Virus record (IMG/VR): IMGVR_UViG_3300050029_000197
Coordinates: 1,531-65,530 of that record
Source of the DNA: a virus
Taxonomy: Duplodnaviria > Caudoviricetes
Direction: 5' to 3' (one strand)
Length of the DNA: 64,000 nucleotides
Shown: positions 18,156 through 28,133 of the stretch, in pieces
Layout: the number at the start of each line of letters is the position of its first letter
Position numbering within the stretch: the stretch's first letter is position 1
Program-made: the position numbers and the translations under genes
The notes under the pieces: generated by a model
The model's database searches: none
What the model was told of the DNA's origin: nothing
What the model saw: only the letters and a program-made list of their open reading frames with translations

Positions 18156-19411
18156 TAGAACGGCGTCTTCGGCGTCCGAATCAGTAGGGCCATCGCCCGG
18201 CCCGACGTCATCGAGATCGGGAAACTACCGGCGCCGGGCGCGAGGAAGTGCTGCATTCGGAAGTCGATGAGCAGATCGTTCGCGGTGATGTCCGCGACGG
18301 TGAACGTGCCCGCACCGCCGCCGTCGTCGTTCACTTCCGTCGCCGAAGAGATCGGGCCCCACCGGACCGCGCCCGTGCAGAACTTCGATTCGATCTTCGC
18401 GATGACGTGCGTCGTGTCGAGGATCATGCACACCGCCCGGAAGGTGAGCGTCTTCGTCGCACCACCGCCGAGTTGCATCACCCCGCCACCTTCGGCATCG
18501 GAGCCGAGGATGAAGAACCCTTCGACTTCGCGGGTCGCGCCCGACGAGTTGACGGAGGTCACACCGAGCTCGAGGATGAACCCGTCGCCCGGCTTCATCG
18601 TGCCGGCCGGGGCGACGAAACCGCCGTCGAGCATCGACTGTTTCGCGATCGCCGTCGCGGGCGACCAGGTCGCCCCGACACCGAGGCCGAGCTGCGTGCC
18701 GGTCAGCTTGAGCGACTGAATCGCCGCGGCGGCGTCGGCGAGCGAACCGGTCGGCGCGATGTCCGACGCGAACGCCTGGTAGAAGGCGACCGCGTCGGCG
18801 GTCAGCGCGTTGAGCTCAACATGGCCGGCGGTGTGATGGCCCGCATGCACGGCCGGTGTCGCCGGGTCGGTGTCCCTGACGATCGGCAACGCCGACGCCG
18901 CGGCCGGATAGTTCGCCTGGATCGTGCCCGACGGTGCGACGACGTTGTTGGTCTGCGCCCACACGAGGTTCGTGGTCCCAACCGTGATCGGGGCGGGTGT
19001 CGTCTGCAGCCAGAACGTCGACGCCTGCGTCGTCCCACCGAGGACGTAGACGACGGCGAGGGCGAGCTCACCGGACGTGTCGGCGTCGGTGGAACGGGTC
19101 GGCGCGCCTGACGCGTTGACCGTATAGAGGCCATCCTCGGCTTTGGCAACCTGATCTTTGATGAGGATGCGGTCATCGGTATGGATCGTGACCCCGTCGA
19201 TCGTCGAGCCGTTGAAGAACGAGGAGGACAGGGTGCCGGGCCCGGCCGTCGCCGCGACGGCCTGCACCTTCCACTGGTAGCCGGGTCCGGCGAGGCCGAG
19301 GACCGTCGCGAGCGGCACCTTGACGGCGACGCCGCCCTGTTCGATCGCGATGAGCTCCGAACCGTCGAGCGTTGCCGCCGCGTCGAGCTCGTGGAACTGC
19401 CTATTCGCCAT
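18155..19411 (-). CDS. tail fibre-like protein
   Basis: 'IDGVTI..DDRILIKDQ...EDGLY...TRSTDAD' motif common in phage fibre/decoration proteins. Confidence 0.65.
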   Translation of the reverse strand: MANRQFHELDAAATLDGSELIAIEQGGVAVKVPLATVLGLAGPGYQWKVQAVAATAGPGTLSSSFFNGSTIDGVTIHTDDRILIKDQVAKAEDGLYTVNASGAPTRSTDADTSGELALAVVYVLGGTTQASTFWLQTTPAPITVGTTNLVWAQTNNVVAPSGTIQANYPAAASALPIVRDTDPATPAVHAGHHTAGHVELNALTADAVAFYQAFASDIAPTGSLADAAAAIQSLKLTGTQLGLGVGATWSPATAIAKQSMLDGGFVAPAGTMKPGDGFILELGVTSVNSSGATREVEGFFILGSDAEGGGVMQLGGGATKTLTFRAVCMILDTTHVIAKIESKFCTGAVRWGPISSATEVNDDGGGAGTFTVADITANDLLIDFRMQHFLAPGAGSFPISMTSGRAMALLIRTPKTPF

Positions 19412-19418
19412 TGGTCCC

Positions 19419-20372
19419 CTACTCGAACGTCACACAGAGGTAGGCGGTCGAGTCGCCGTCGACCCGGATCGCGCCAGAACCGGACACGTTGTTCGCGAAG
19501 ACGCGCATCACGACCGACGTGCCGGCGAGGGATGAGCAGTCGACGTCACCCTCGAGCACGAGCGTCTGGCCGGTCGCGGCGGTGACGAGCATGTTATCCC
19601 ATCGGATGCGGGCGCCCGCGTCGACCGCGAGCGTGTCGAGCTGCAGCTCGACCGCGGTATTGCAGACGCTGGTCACGGCGTAGACCTTTTCGATCACGGC
19701 TCGCAGATGCGCGCTTGTCGCCCAGGCGGGCACGCTGACCGTTTTGTGCAGGCCGACCGGCCATGTCGCGTTGCTGGCCGACTGTTCGACGCCGGACGGC
19801 TTGTAGCGGACGGAGTCGCGGGTGCGGGGCTGTGCTGCGAACAGTGGGAGGGCGCGGCGGGTGATGTCATCGGAGATGAACGTCGTTTGCGCCGCCCGCC
19901 GTTTGCATTCGGCGAGGACGAGGAACTGGCCGCCCGGATCGGCTGGCGCGGCACCGCCGGGCGTGCCGGGGATGATCGCGTAGACGGCGTCGTTGTCGCC
20001 GCTCGAGTCGAGCTCGTTGTCGCGTACGTGGAGGCAGAGGAGGTCGATCGTGTCGAGCGATCCGTCCGCGGCGCCGAAGCCGGTGACGACGGTCGTCGCG
20101 TTCTCGTGCGCGAGATGAAAACTGGACGCGGTCGAGTCGGTCGCGATGATGCCATACCCGCCAGCACAGGTGACGGCGAAGCCGCCTGCGCCGCCCGCGG
20201 TGACGACCAGATCGGCCGCCGAGGCCGCGAAGCCGATGGACGCGCCACCAGCGAACAGCGGCAACTGGGGGCCGGACGCGAGGCGTGCGAGGACCGCGAG
20301 GATGCCCCGCAGGTCTGACGCCGTGTAGATGGGTCCGGCCTCCTCGGCGAACAGGACTCGGTCAAGACTCAT
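19419..20372 (-). CDS. minor tail protein
   Basis: 'IDLLCLHVRD.ELD...IIPGTP...P...LVLAE' typical actinophage minor tail protein; follows Dit. Confidence 0.7.
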   Translation of the reverse strand: MSLDRVLFAEEAGPIYTASDLRGILAVLARLASGPQLPLFAGGASIGFAASAADLVVTAGGAGGFAVTCAGGYGIIATDSTASSFHLAHENATTVVTGFGAADGSLDTIDLLCLHVRDNELDSSGDNDAVYAIIPGTPGGAAPADPGGQFLVLAECKRRAAQTTFISDDITRRALPLFAAQPRTRDSVRYKPSGVEQSASNATWPVGLHKTVSVPAWATSAHLRAVIEKVYAVTSVCNTAVELQLDTLAVDAGARIRWDNMLVTAATGQTLVLEGDVDCSSLAGTSVVMRVFANNVSGSGAIRVDGDSTAYLCVTFE

Positions 20373-20388
20373 AGCTCTCCTTGGTCAT

Positions 20389-21366
20389 CTACCTGAACCA
20401 CGCGTCTCTCCAGCAGACCTGCATGACGGCCGACCCGTTCAGGGCCGAGAACGCGAGTGATGTGACGCCCGACGGCAGATCAATCCACCGTGAGCCGGGC
20501 CGATGCACCCACTTCGACGCGAGGGTCGCCCCGTCCGGTAGCTGATCGACGGGCGCGTCGAGCGCGAGCCCACTGATAGGACCCAACTCGAACGGTCCGC
20601 CCGGCATCGTGAACACGATCCCTTCACCCATGTCGACAATCAGATGGGTGCCCGCAGTGAGGACACCGTCCCAGCGGAACTCGAGGTCGCGGGCGTTGTC
20701 ACGCACGATGAGCGGACCGACCGTGTCGGTGAGCGCAATGAACCGCACGACCGGCCATGTTGTTGACGTTCCGACGTTCATCACGTCGGTGGGGCCGGTC
20801 GAGTCGGAGGTACCGAACCCGAACGGGAACCCGAACGGGAACCCGAACCCGGCGCCGGTCACCCCTGCGATGCCGGCGGCGAGGTTCGGGAGTTGGCTGT
20901 AACGGACCGGGTGCGTCGCCTCGAACAGAAGCTGCGTGTAGATGATCGACGACCGCACGTGCTTCTCGTCCTGCATCGTGTCGCGCGGCTTACCGCGGTA
21001 CGCGTATTGCTGGCCGATCGGGTCAGTCACATACAGCCAGGCGGGGAGCGTGCGTGGCGCCCATGCGCCGAGGAGCGCGTCGAGTTCGTGTTCGGCGTTT
21101 TCGGGTGTGTCGGTGAGGATCTCGATCGGACAGTTCACGTAGATCGTCGACAGCATGTCGGGACGGCGCGAGATAGCACCTGCGCGCAACGGTCGTGAGG
21201 TGTCGTCCTTGCGGATGGGTTGGCGGCGGATTGATACCGGGTCGGGGCCGATCTGTGACAGGCGTGCACTGCCGACGTGATGCAAGATCGTGGTCCCCGC
21301 GGCCGGGTCGTAGTCGCCGATACCGATTTCCCATGCGCCTGTCGGGGCGAGACTCGTTTCGGTCAT
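20389..21366 (-). CDS. distal tail protein (Dit)
   Basis: Directly after the tape measure; 'FEATHPVRY', 'FPFGFPF', 'NVGTSTTWPVV', 'WIDLPSG', 'WRDAW'. Confidence 0.8.
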   Translation of the reverse strand: MTETSLAPTGAWEIGIGDYDPAAGTTILHHVGSARLSQIGPDPVSIRRQPIRKDDTSRPLRAGAISRRPDMLSTIYVNCPIEILTDTPENAEHELDALLGAWAPRTLPAWLYVTDPIGQQYAYRGKPRDTMQDEKHVRSSIIYTQLLFEATHPVRYSQLPNLAAGIAGVTGAGFGFPFGFPFGFGTSDSTGPTDVMNVGTSTTWPVVRFIALTDTVGPLIVRDNARDLEFRWDGVLTAGTHLIVDMGEGIVFTMPGGPFELGPISGLALDAPVDQLPDGATLASKWVHRPGSRWIDLPSGVTSLAFSALNGSAVMQVCWRDAWFR

Positions 21367-24300
21367 GCGGGCAACCTCAGATCCCACGCGATGCGATGCG
21401 CGGTCTCCGCGGCCAAGTGTTCGGGGTCGAGGGCTTGGAAGATCGCACCCCGGAAGTCGAAATGGGAGCCGGTCGCGCTCGACGGAGACGTCGACGTCGA
21501 ACGGTCGGCGTGTGAGGGCGTCGACGTGGCGGTCGATGCGGACGCGTGCGCTTGGGAGAGGCTCACCGTTGACGTACCGAGCAGGTGCCGCGATTGGGGG
21601 TTGGACAGAATCTCCACACCGCCGGTGGGGAGGCCGCGCGCGAGCTCGAACCCTTCCTCCCCGACGGTGAAAACCTCGTTCGGGCCGCCGATCCCGCCCG
21701 CAGCGTTCGCCGCGGTGCTCTGATTCCCGTGCGGGTGCGCGGCGTTCGACGCAGCACGTCCCGCCGACGTGCTGAGATCCACGACCTGACCGCCGACGAT
21801 ACCGACGTTCGAGCCGGCGAAGGCCAACGCCGACATTGCGACCAGCTTTGCCTTGGCCGCGTTGATCGCCGGGTCGAGCGCAGCCGCGAGCAGGGGCTCC
21901 GTATCGACCACGGACTGCAGGCTCTCGACGTAGGTGAGCATGCCGGCCGCGACCGAGCCGGTCGACTTTTCTATGGCCTTGCCGGCGTTGGTCGCTTCGG
22001 CTTGGGCGGCGGTTGCGGCCGCGTCGAGTTTCGTCTGGAAGTTGTCGAGCGCGGCGGCGGCTTTCGCGGGACCGCCCCCCGAGCCGGACGATGCGACGAG
22101 GGACCCGTTCAACTCGTCCTGGGCGCGTTGCAGCGCGAGGGCGTGCGTGGCGACCTGATCCTGCACGTCGCGCACACCGTTGAGGGCACTCGTGACGGCG
22201 TCGCTCGCACTCTGCCCGGCGGTGAGCGCGGTGGTGAGCTGATCCTGCGCGGCTTTCGCTTCGGCCGACGCTGGCGGGAACCCTTGGACGGTGCCGGTGT
22301 AGATGCGCTGCGCCTCGGTCTGCGCGACCGTCACGTCATGGTTGCGTAGGCGGGCTTCGGCGAGCGCGATCTCGGCCCGCTGAATCTTCTCGTTATCGGA
22401 CGTCTGCGTCGTCGCCGACAACGTCTTGGCGTCCTGCAACGTCTTCTCGGCAGTCGCGACCTGAGCCGCGGCGGTCGCCTTCGTCGTCGCGAGGTTCGTT
22501 TCCGCTACCGCGATCGTCGCCGGGTTGAGGTTCGCGGCCCGGTATTCGGCGAGCTGCTGTTCCGCCTGCTGTACCTGCTGTGCGGCGGTGGTCTGCGCCG
22601 CGCCGGCGGCGGTGGAAGCGGCTGCGACGGCCGCCGCGTTGGTTGCCGCGTCGGTCTTCGGTGCCGCGCGGGCAGCGCCGAGCGCGAGTTCGGCGTCGTG
22701 GACGTCGAGCACCGCGGATTGGGCGTCGAGGCGCGCTTTAGTCAGGCTCTCTTGCGCGTCTTGCGCCACTTTCGTATCGGCTGCGACGCCATGAAGCACA
22801 GAACGCAGATTCGATTCGGCAACGATGACGTCCGCGGCCGCGATCTTCTCCGCCGTCCGGGAGGCGGTGAGCTGCTCGTTCGCTTTTTGGAGATTGAACG
22901 TCTCGTCGTGCACGGTCTTGAGCGCGTCTCGAAGGGCAAGCTCCTTTTGTTGCTGATCGAGCGCAGCCTGCGCGGCGGTCGTGTGCGCCCCACCCCCACC
23001 GCCACCACCCGACGATGCTGCGGTGCCGGCGGTGTGCAACGCGGCGAGCGCGCTCGTCAGATCGGACGTGACCTTGTGCGAGTCGATCGCGCCCTGAGTC
23101 GCTGCGAACGACTCGGCTTCCATCGAGGCGAGCGCGCTCGCCGCATTGGACGCGCTCTGTGCGACCCCTTCGATCGCGGCCTGCTCCGCCGACAGCGCGG
23201 GAGCGTGACCGGCCGCGGCCGCGGTGCCGGCATCGGTCGCCGCGTTGACCTGGTTCTGAGTGTCGGTCTGAGCGGTGGAGGCGGCGGTGACCGCAGCCTT
23301 GTCGTCGGCGAGTCGTGCGGTCGCAGCCGAGTTGCCTTCCGATGAGAGCACCAGGTCGTCCGCATACTGCTTCTGCGCCGCGGAGAGCTCAAGCGTCTGG
23401 ACCCCGGAGGCGCCGTACTGCTTCGTGAGCGCGTCGAGGGTGGCGATCGCGTACCGTTCCTCGTCGGTCGTCATCCGCACAGCCGTCGCGTACTGGCTGT
23501 TCGTCACCTTGAGCGCGTCGAGCTGCTCCTGCGACATTTGCGACGCTTTGGCTGATCCGACGAACCCGGCGGCGAGCGCGCGTTCGGTGTCGAGCGTCAT
23601 CGCCTCTTTCGAGGCGAGGAGCTGGCTCGCGGTCGCGCCGTCGCGCAGTTCCTTCGCGTAGTTCGCGATGTCTGCGGCAGCCTGCTTGCCGGCGTTGTTG
23701 GTCGAGAAGCTCAGATCGAGGGTCTTCGGGACGACGATACGGGCGATGTCCGCCTGCGCAGCCTTCGCGGCCGCGCCCATGTCATTGAGGGCCTTAGCGT
23801 CCGCCTCGATCGCCTGGGTCGTCTGATTGTTGTCGCCCCAGTGGAGTGCGATGACCCCGGCCGCGGTCGCGAAGGTCGCGGCGACGACGCCGACGGTCGC
23901 GATGACCGGCAGAAGGGAAGCGTCGAGAGCTGACCCGGCGACTGCTGCGCCACCTTCGGCTTCGGCGAGCGTCCCAATGCCGAGCGCCGCGAACGCCGAA
24001 CCTTCACCGGCGGTCGCGGCAGCCATGCCGACACCGGTCTGCGCGGCGGCGTCGATGTCGGCCGCGAGCGCGGCGGTCATCTCCGCGGATTCGAGATTCG
24101 CCGTCGCGAGGGCGTCCGCCTCGTCGAGCGCGATCTGCTGCGCGTCCGCTGCGGTCTGCGCCTCGGTGGCGGTCAGGAGCCCGGCCTTCGATGCGGCTCG
24201 CCGCTCTTCCGCGGTGGTGAGAACGACGGTCGCGTCCGCGGCCGCGTAGGTACGGGCGATGAGGAAGTCATCCGCGGCTGCGGACGCGGTGGCAGCGTTG

Positions 24301-25697
24301 ACGCGCGCCGCCGCGAGGGCCTGCTCTGCGGCGATGCGGACGGAGGACGTCGTGATCGTCTCCGCCGCGTCGGCGCTCTCGGCCGCGATCGCCGCGAACG
24401 TCGACGCGGTGCGCTGGTCGATCGCGGCCTGCACGATCCCTTCGGACGTGACCCGCTCCCCGGCCGCCGTCGCCGCGGTCTGCGCCGCCGCGACGTTCGC
24501 GGCTGCTTCCGCTTCGGCGGCGCTGGTCGTGAGCCCGAGGGTGCTGGCGACGCGCCCGTAGGTGGAGACGACCCCCTCGCCGACCGAGATCAGTTTCTCT
24601 CCGGCGAGGAACACGAGCGGGATCGCCGCGCCCACGAGTACGAGCCGGCCGGTCCAGCCGTCCGTTGCGGCGTTGATCGACTGGAACGTGTTGACACCGG
24701 CGAGGAGGCCGGTGACGAGATGTTCGACCTGGGGGATGATGAAGTTACCGATCCCGACGCCGAGGTCTTGACCGGTCGCGGACAGCGTCTTGAGTGACCC
24801 AGCGAACGTATCGGCAGCGGCGGCGGCCTGGCCGCCGTAGAGCTGCGTGATGAGGTTGACCGCGTCGGCTTCGGAGTGGATTGAGTTGACCTGAGTTTGT
24901 GACAGGCCGATCAAGCGGCCGAGGAGCGTGTACCGGCCGCCCTCGACGCGCACCAGCGCAGTCGTAGCGGCCTCGAGCGACGTGTGCCGGCCGGCGGCGA
25001 GGTTCGCGACCGCGGCCTCGTCGGCGATCGCTTTCGACGCGGAGCCGGTGACCGGGATCAGCTTCGAGATCGAGTCTTCGGTCTGCGCGTGCGTGAACCC
25101 GTACTTCTCCATCGTTTTTTCGGTGGAGGAAAGCTGCTTGTCGTACTCGGATTGTTGGTGGCCCGAGTCGAGGATCGCCGTGTCCATCCGGGCATGCGCC
25201 GTCTCGAACGTGTCCGCGAGATGGACCGCTTCGACGCCGACGGTCGCGAGCGCGAGCCCGCCGACAACTGCTTCCTTTTGGCCCAGGTTCGCGAGGCTTT
25301 GCCCGAACGAGGTCGCTTTCGTCTGGGTCGCGTCGAGACCCTTCGACACCGCCGCGAGCGCACCACCGAACGGCAGACCGAAGGTCGCGAGCTGACCGTC
25401 CACGCTACGCGCGATGGTGCCGATCCGCGACAGGCCGCCGACTGACTGCGCCGCGGTCTGTTCGACCTTGCCGCCCAGCACACCGAGCGACGACGCCGCG
25501 GCGGTGCCGTAGTTCGCGACCTCACCGGTCAGACCCCGAAGCGCGGCCTGACCGGCATTCGTCGACGCGTTGACTTTCGATTCGACCGCCGTCAGGCCGG
25601 GGAGGATCTGCGCTTCGGCTTGCGCCGCGAATGTCGGCGACGCGATCGGCCGCAGCTCGATATAGGCGCCGCCGACAATGTCGCCGAGTCCGGTCAC
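21363..25697 (-). CDS. tape measure protein
   Basis: 1444 aa Ala-rich helical protein after the chaperones; N-terminal 'VGGAYIELRP', C-terminal 'AAGG...VGEEGFEL'. Confidence 0.92.
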   Translation of the reverse strand: MTGLGDIVGGAYIELRPIASPTFAAQAEAQILPGLTAVESKVNASTNAGQAALRGLTGEVANYGTAAASSLGVLGGKVEQTAAQSVGGLSRIGTIARSVDGQLATFGLPFGGALAAVSKGLDATQTKATSFGQSLANLGQKEAVVGGLALATVGVEAVHLADTFETAHARMDTAILDSGHQQSEYDKQLSSTEKTMEKYGFTHAQTEDSISKLIPVTGSASKAIADEAAVANLAAGRHTSLEAATTALVRVEGGRYTLLGRLIGLSQTQVNSIHSEADAVNLITQLYGGQAAAAADTFAGSLKTLSATGQDLGVGIGNFIIPQVEHLVTGLLAGVNTFQSINAATDGWTGRLVLVGAAIPLVFLAGEKLISVGEGVVSTYGRVASTLGLTTSAAEAEAAANVAAAQTAATAAGERVTSEGIVQAAIDQRTASTFAAIAAESADAAETITTSSVRIAAEQALAAARVNAATASAAADDFLIARTYAAADATVVLTTAEERRAASKAGLLTATEAQTAADAQQIALDEADALATANLESAEMTAALAADIDAAAQTGVGMAAATAGEGSAFAALGIGTLAEAEGGAAVAGSALDASLLPVIATVGVVAATFATAAGVIALHWGDNNQTTQAIEADAKALNDMGAAAKAAQADIARIVVPKTLDLSFSTNNAGKQAAADIANYAKELRDGATASQLLASKEAMTLDTERALAAGFVGSAKASQMSQEQLDALKVTNSQYATAVRMTTDEERYAIATLDALTKQYGASGVQTLELSAAQKQYADDLVLSSEGNSAATARLADDKAAVTAASTAQTDTQNQVNAATDAGTAAAAGHAPALSAEQAAIEGVAQSASNAASALASMEAESFAATQGAIDSHKVTSDLTSALAALHTAGTAASSGGGGGGGAHTTAAQAALDQQQKELALRDALKTVHDETFNLQKANEQLTASRTAEKIAAADVIVAESNLRSVLHGVAADTKVAQDAQESLTKARLDAQSAVLDVHDAELALGAARAAPKTDAATNAAAVAAASTAAGAAQTTAAQQVQQAEQQLAEYRAANLNPATIAVAETNLATTKATAAAQVATAEKTLQDAKTLSATTQTSDNEKIQRAEIALAEARLRNHDVTVAQTEAQRIYTGTVQGFPPASAEAKAAQDQLTTALTAGQSASDAVTSALNGVRDVQDQVATHALALQRAQDELNGSLVASSGSGGGPAKAAAALDNFQTKLDAAATAAQAEATNAGKAIEKSTGSVAAGMLTYVESLQSVVDTEPLLAAALDPAINAAKAKLVAMSALAFAGSNVGIVGGQVVDLSTSAGRAASNAAHPHGNQSTAANAAGGIGGPNEVFTVGEEGFELARGLPTGGVEILSNPQSRHLLGTSTVSLSQAHASASTATSTPSHADRSTSTSPSSATGSHFDFRGAIFQALDPEHLAAETAHRIAWDLRLPA

Positions 25698-25719
25698 GCG
25701 CGGACCTCGATCCCGGCGG

Positions 25720-25980
25720 TCACACGAACCTCACGTCCGTGTCAGGGTCGGAGAGCGCCTGGTGAATGCGGGCTTGGCGTGCGAGTTCGGGGTCGATGGA
25801 ACACTCGAACGAGAACCGGTCCTCGGCGCTCATGTGTTCGGTGACGATCCCGAAGATGACCATCATTGCGCGTCGGGCTCCGATGTCGAGGAGTCGGATA
25901 CCTCGTTGTTCGCATCGCCATTCGAGCCATCCCCATTCGTCGACGGCGGCCCGTCCGAGAGTGCGGACGCGTCCAAAGGG
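25720..25980 (-). CDS. tail assembly chaperone, -1 frameshift extension
   Basis: The -1 frame is open from the slippery heptamer C CCT TTG (25974-25980) to just before the tape measure. Confidence 0.7.
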   Translation of the reverse strand, partial: PFGRVRTLGRAAVDEWGWLEWRCEQRGIRLLDIGARRAMMVIFGIVTEHMSAEDRFSFECSIDPELARQARIHQALSDPDTDVRFV

Positions 25981-26420
25981 AGCGCGGTGCCTCCTCGGAC
26001 GACGTAACCGCACAACTCGTCGAGGACGTCGGACGTGATCCGGGACGCGGAGACGGCGTTCGCGATCGACGTGATGGTCGCGGTGACCTGCGCGAGCGCG
26101 AGCGCCTGATCTGCCGCGGCGATCGTCTCCTCGTCGGCGCCTTCGGCGCGCAGGCCCTCGACCTTGCGTTGCTCGATCCCGACCTGACGTTGGCGGGCGA
26201 GATCATCGGCGGAACGGTCAACGCACGCTTCGAGGAGTGCGATGCACGCGCGCGCGTACCCGGTCGTGAGGCCGAAACGGCCGGTATCGACCCAGCGCAG
26301 GATCGGGCCGACCGGGATCGGGACGTGGACGGTGAACGTCTCGGCGGCGAGGGTGAACGTGCTGGCTTCGGTCTTGTCGATCTCCGCTATCGCGGCGTCG
26401 AAGTCTCGGTGTTCGGACAT
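25863..26420 (-). CDS. tail assembly chaperone
   Basis: Between tail tube and tape measure; contains the CCCTTTG slippery site. Confidence 0.8.
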   Translation of the reverse strand: MSEHRDFDAAIAEIDKTEASTFTLAAETFTVHVPIPVGPILRWVDTGRFGLTTGYARACIALLEACVDRSADDLARQRQVGIEQRKVEGLRAEGADEETIAAADQALALAQVTATITSIANAVSASRITSDVLDELCGYVVRGGTALPLDASALSDGPPSTNGDGSNGDANNEVSDSSTSEPDAQ

Positions 26421-26446
26421 GGTGGGCGACTCGTTTCAAGGTCGAT

Positions 26447-26475
26447 GCGGCGCGCGCCATGAAGGCGCGCGCCGC
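26447..26475. terminator. GC-rich hairpin after the tail tube gene
   Basis: Perfect 12-bp stem GCGGCGCGCGCC-ATGAA-GGCGCGCGCCGC; no U tract. Confidence 0.5.
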
Positions 26476-26510
26476 GGAGCGGACAGCATCGGGAAGTTCG
26501 GCTGGGCGGA

Positions 26511-27068
26511 TCAGGCGGCGCGCGTTGCTGCGTCGAACAGCGCGAAGAACGGGTCTTGGCCGGTCACGCCGTACGCGGTGAACTCGATGTTCAACACGGC
26601 GAGGTCCGCGGTCTTCGTGCGGCGCGGGATCGTGAGCGCGGACGTGTTGAGGCAACGGCGCCACACGCGACGTTCGTCGCCCGGGGTGGATTCCCAGCCG
26701 ACCGCGACGTACAGCTCGCCACCGATCTTGAGCGGCGTCACCTTCGTTGTCGCGCCGGCCGTGGCGATCGTGCCGCCGTTCATCGCCCGCTTGTAGTTCA
26801 GGGCGGTCATCTGTGCGGCGGAGAACATCACTGACGCCTTACGCGACGACGTGATGCCCTTGATCGGGTCGAGGACTTCCTCGACGATCGCGTCGACGAT
26901 CGTCTGCGTGAGCTTCTCCTGCACGCCGTCTTTCGTGAACCCGATCTCGACCCAGCCCGCGTCCCACGCGGTTGTGCAGTCGGTCGGTTCCACCGCGCCG
27001 ACAGCCCCGAGGAGGAGCCGGCCGGAGCCGAGTTGTGTCTGGTCTACGTTCCCTGCCGGGGTGCCCAT
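26511..27068 (-). CDS. major tail (tube) protein
   Basis: 'LGSGRLLLGAVGAVEP...WVEIGFTKDGV' and position in the tail operon. Confidence 0.85.
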   Translation of the reverse strand: MGTPAGNVDQTQLGSGRLLLGAVGAVEPTDCTTAWDAGWVEIGFTKDGVQEKLTQTIVDAIVEEVLDPIKGITSSRKASVMFSAAQMTALNYKRAMNGGTIATAGATTKVTPLKIGGELYVAVGWESTPGDERRVWRRCLNTSALTIPRRTKTADLAVLNIEFTAYGVTGQDPFFALFDAATRAA

Positions 27069-27085
27069 GGTTCTGTCTCCCTGAT

Positions 27086-27517
27086 CTATTGCGCTACCGC
27101 GGCTGACTGCCACAGTCGGAACCGCGCCCCGACGAGATACCGAGCGAACTCGGCCTTTTCGTTGGGCCGCCACAACGGGCCGAGTGTGACGTCGCCTCCG
27201 TTGCATGCCACCCCGGGAGCGAACCGTTGTCCGCTCACGAGGTTCACCACGGCCGAAGCGATACGCCATGCGATCGCGGCCGCAGATTTCTTGTTACGCC
27301 CGTAGGCGTCGAACTGGATGACCGGCATCGTCTGACCCCGAATGTCGGAGTCGACACCCGCGTCGATGAGATGGATCGCGACGAACTCGCGGGGGATCTG
27401 CTCCCCGCGCGGGAGGCCGATGAACACCTTCCCCGACGCGAGTGGCCCAAGGTCGAGGGTCTGCGCCCACTTCGCCGCGGCCCAGTCCGCGTCGACAAGC
27501 TGCAGCAGGTCGGGCAT
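27086..27517 (-). CDS. tail terminator
   Basis: 'PVIQFDAYG.NKKSA...A' and synteny. Confidence 0.7.
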   Translation of the reverse strand: MPDLLQLVDADWAAAKWAQTLDLGPLASGKVFIGLPRGEQIPREFVAIHLIDAGVDSDIRGQTMPVIQFDAYGRNKKSAAAIAWRIASAVVNLVSGQRFAPGVACNGGDVTLGPLWRPNEKAEFARYLVGARFRLWQSAAVAQ

Positions 27518-27816
27518 CAGCCGGCCGCCGCCGCGAGCGCGGGCCGAAGGTACGGCTGCGGGGCCATGAACCGCGTGCCGAACTCGACATAGCCCGCGTA
27601 CTCGACGTTTGACCCGACGAGCGCGTACGCGCCTTCGGCGTCGACACCCATCTCGTGGTCGATCGACGCGCGGAGGCGGCCGGTGTCGACCGGGCAAAGT
27701 TGCGTCGCGCGGTTCTGCACGCGGAGCGCGGCCCGTTCGAGCTCAAGTGCGACGGGCCCGTCGATCCTGACCGCGAGCGCCATGACGGCGAGCTGGTCGA
27801 TATGGACGGCAGGCAC
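27517..27816 (-). CDS. HK97 gp10-family tail completion protein
   Basis: 'CPVDTGRLRASI...VGSNVEYAGYVEFGT..MAPQPYLRPAL'. Confidence 0.9.
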   Translation of the reverse strand: MPAVHIDQLAVMALAVRIDGPVALELERAALRVQNRATQLCPVDTGRLRASIDHEMGVDAEGAYALVGSNVEYAGYVEFGTRFMAPQPYLRPALAAAAG

Positions 27817-27825
27817 GGCGCCAGC

Positions 27826-27845
27826 AAACCACACGCATGTCGTTT
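27826..27845 (-). promoter_or_regulatory. class L promoter motif
   Basis: AAACGACATGCGTGTGGTTTGCT, 6 nt before GTG 27816. Confidence 0.75.
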
Positions 27846-27849
27846 GCGG

Positions 27850-27970
27850 GGGGACAGACGGGGCGCGGAACGGCCCGCCGGGGCGGCTGTGAGGCTTTAG
27901 CGGCGGGCCGTTCGTGCTGCAAGGACCCGGCGATCGGAGTATGCGGAGTCGGCCTCCGATCGACCAGGCT
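27850..27970 (-). ncRNA. candidate structured small RNA
   Basis: Behind TGTCTCAG-N8-TACGAT (27977-27998); two long stems CGATCGGAG/CTCCGATCG and GAACGGCCCGCCG/CGGCGGGCCGTTC. Confidence 0.4.
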
Positions 27971-28004
27971 CAGACGATCGTACGCGCGCCCTGAGACAAC
28001 ACCG

Positions 28005-28133
28005 TCAGGTCCGGGCGCATCGACAACCACACGCCGCGTGCGGCCGCTGAGGGTGCATTCCGATCCAACAGAGTCCGCAGACCGCGCGGATCGGGACGAG
28101 CGGGCCCGGTGGGGGAGGAAGCGGAGACGTCAC
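28005..28133 (-). CDS. small Cys-rich protein
   Basis: Coupled to the upstream MTase; 'CGLC...H...CGCRC'. Confidence 0.4.
   Translation of the reverse strand: MTSPLPPPPGPLVPIRAVCGLCWIGMHPQRPHAACGCRCART

Noticed and set aside
20815-20850. Short tandem repeat CCGAACGGGAAC
   Set aside because: Encodes the GFPFGFPF motif typical of Dit proteins; not a separate DNA element
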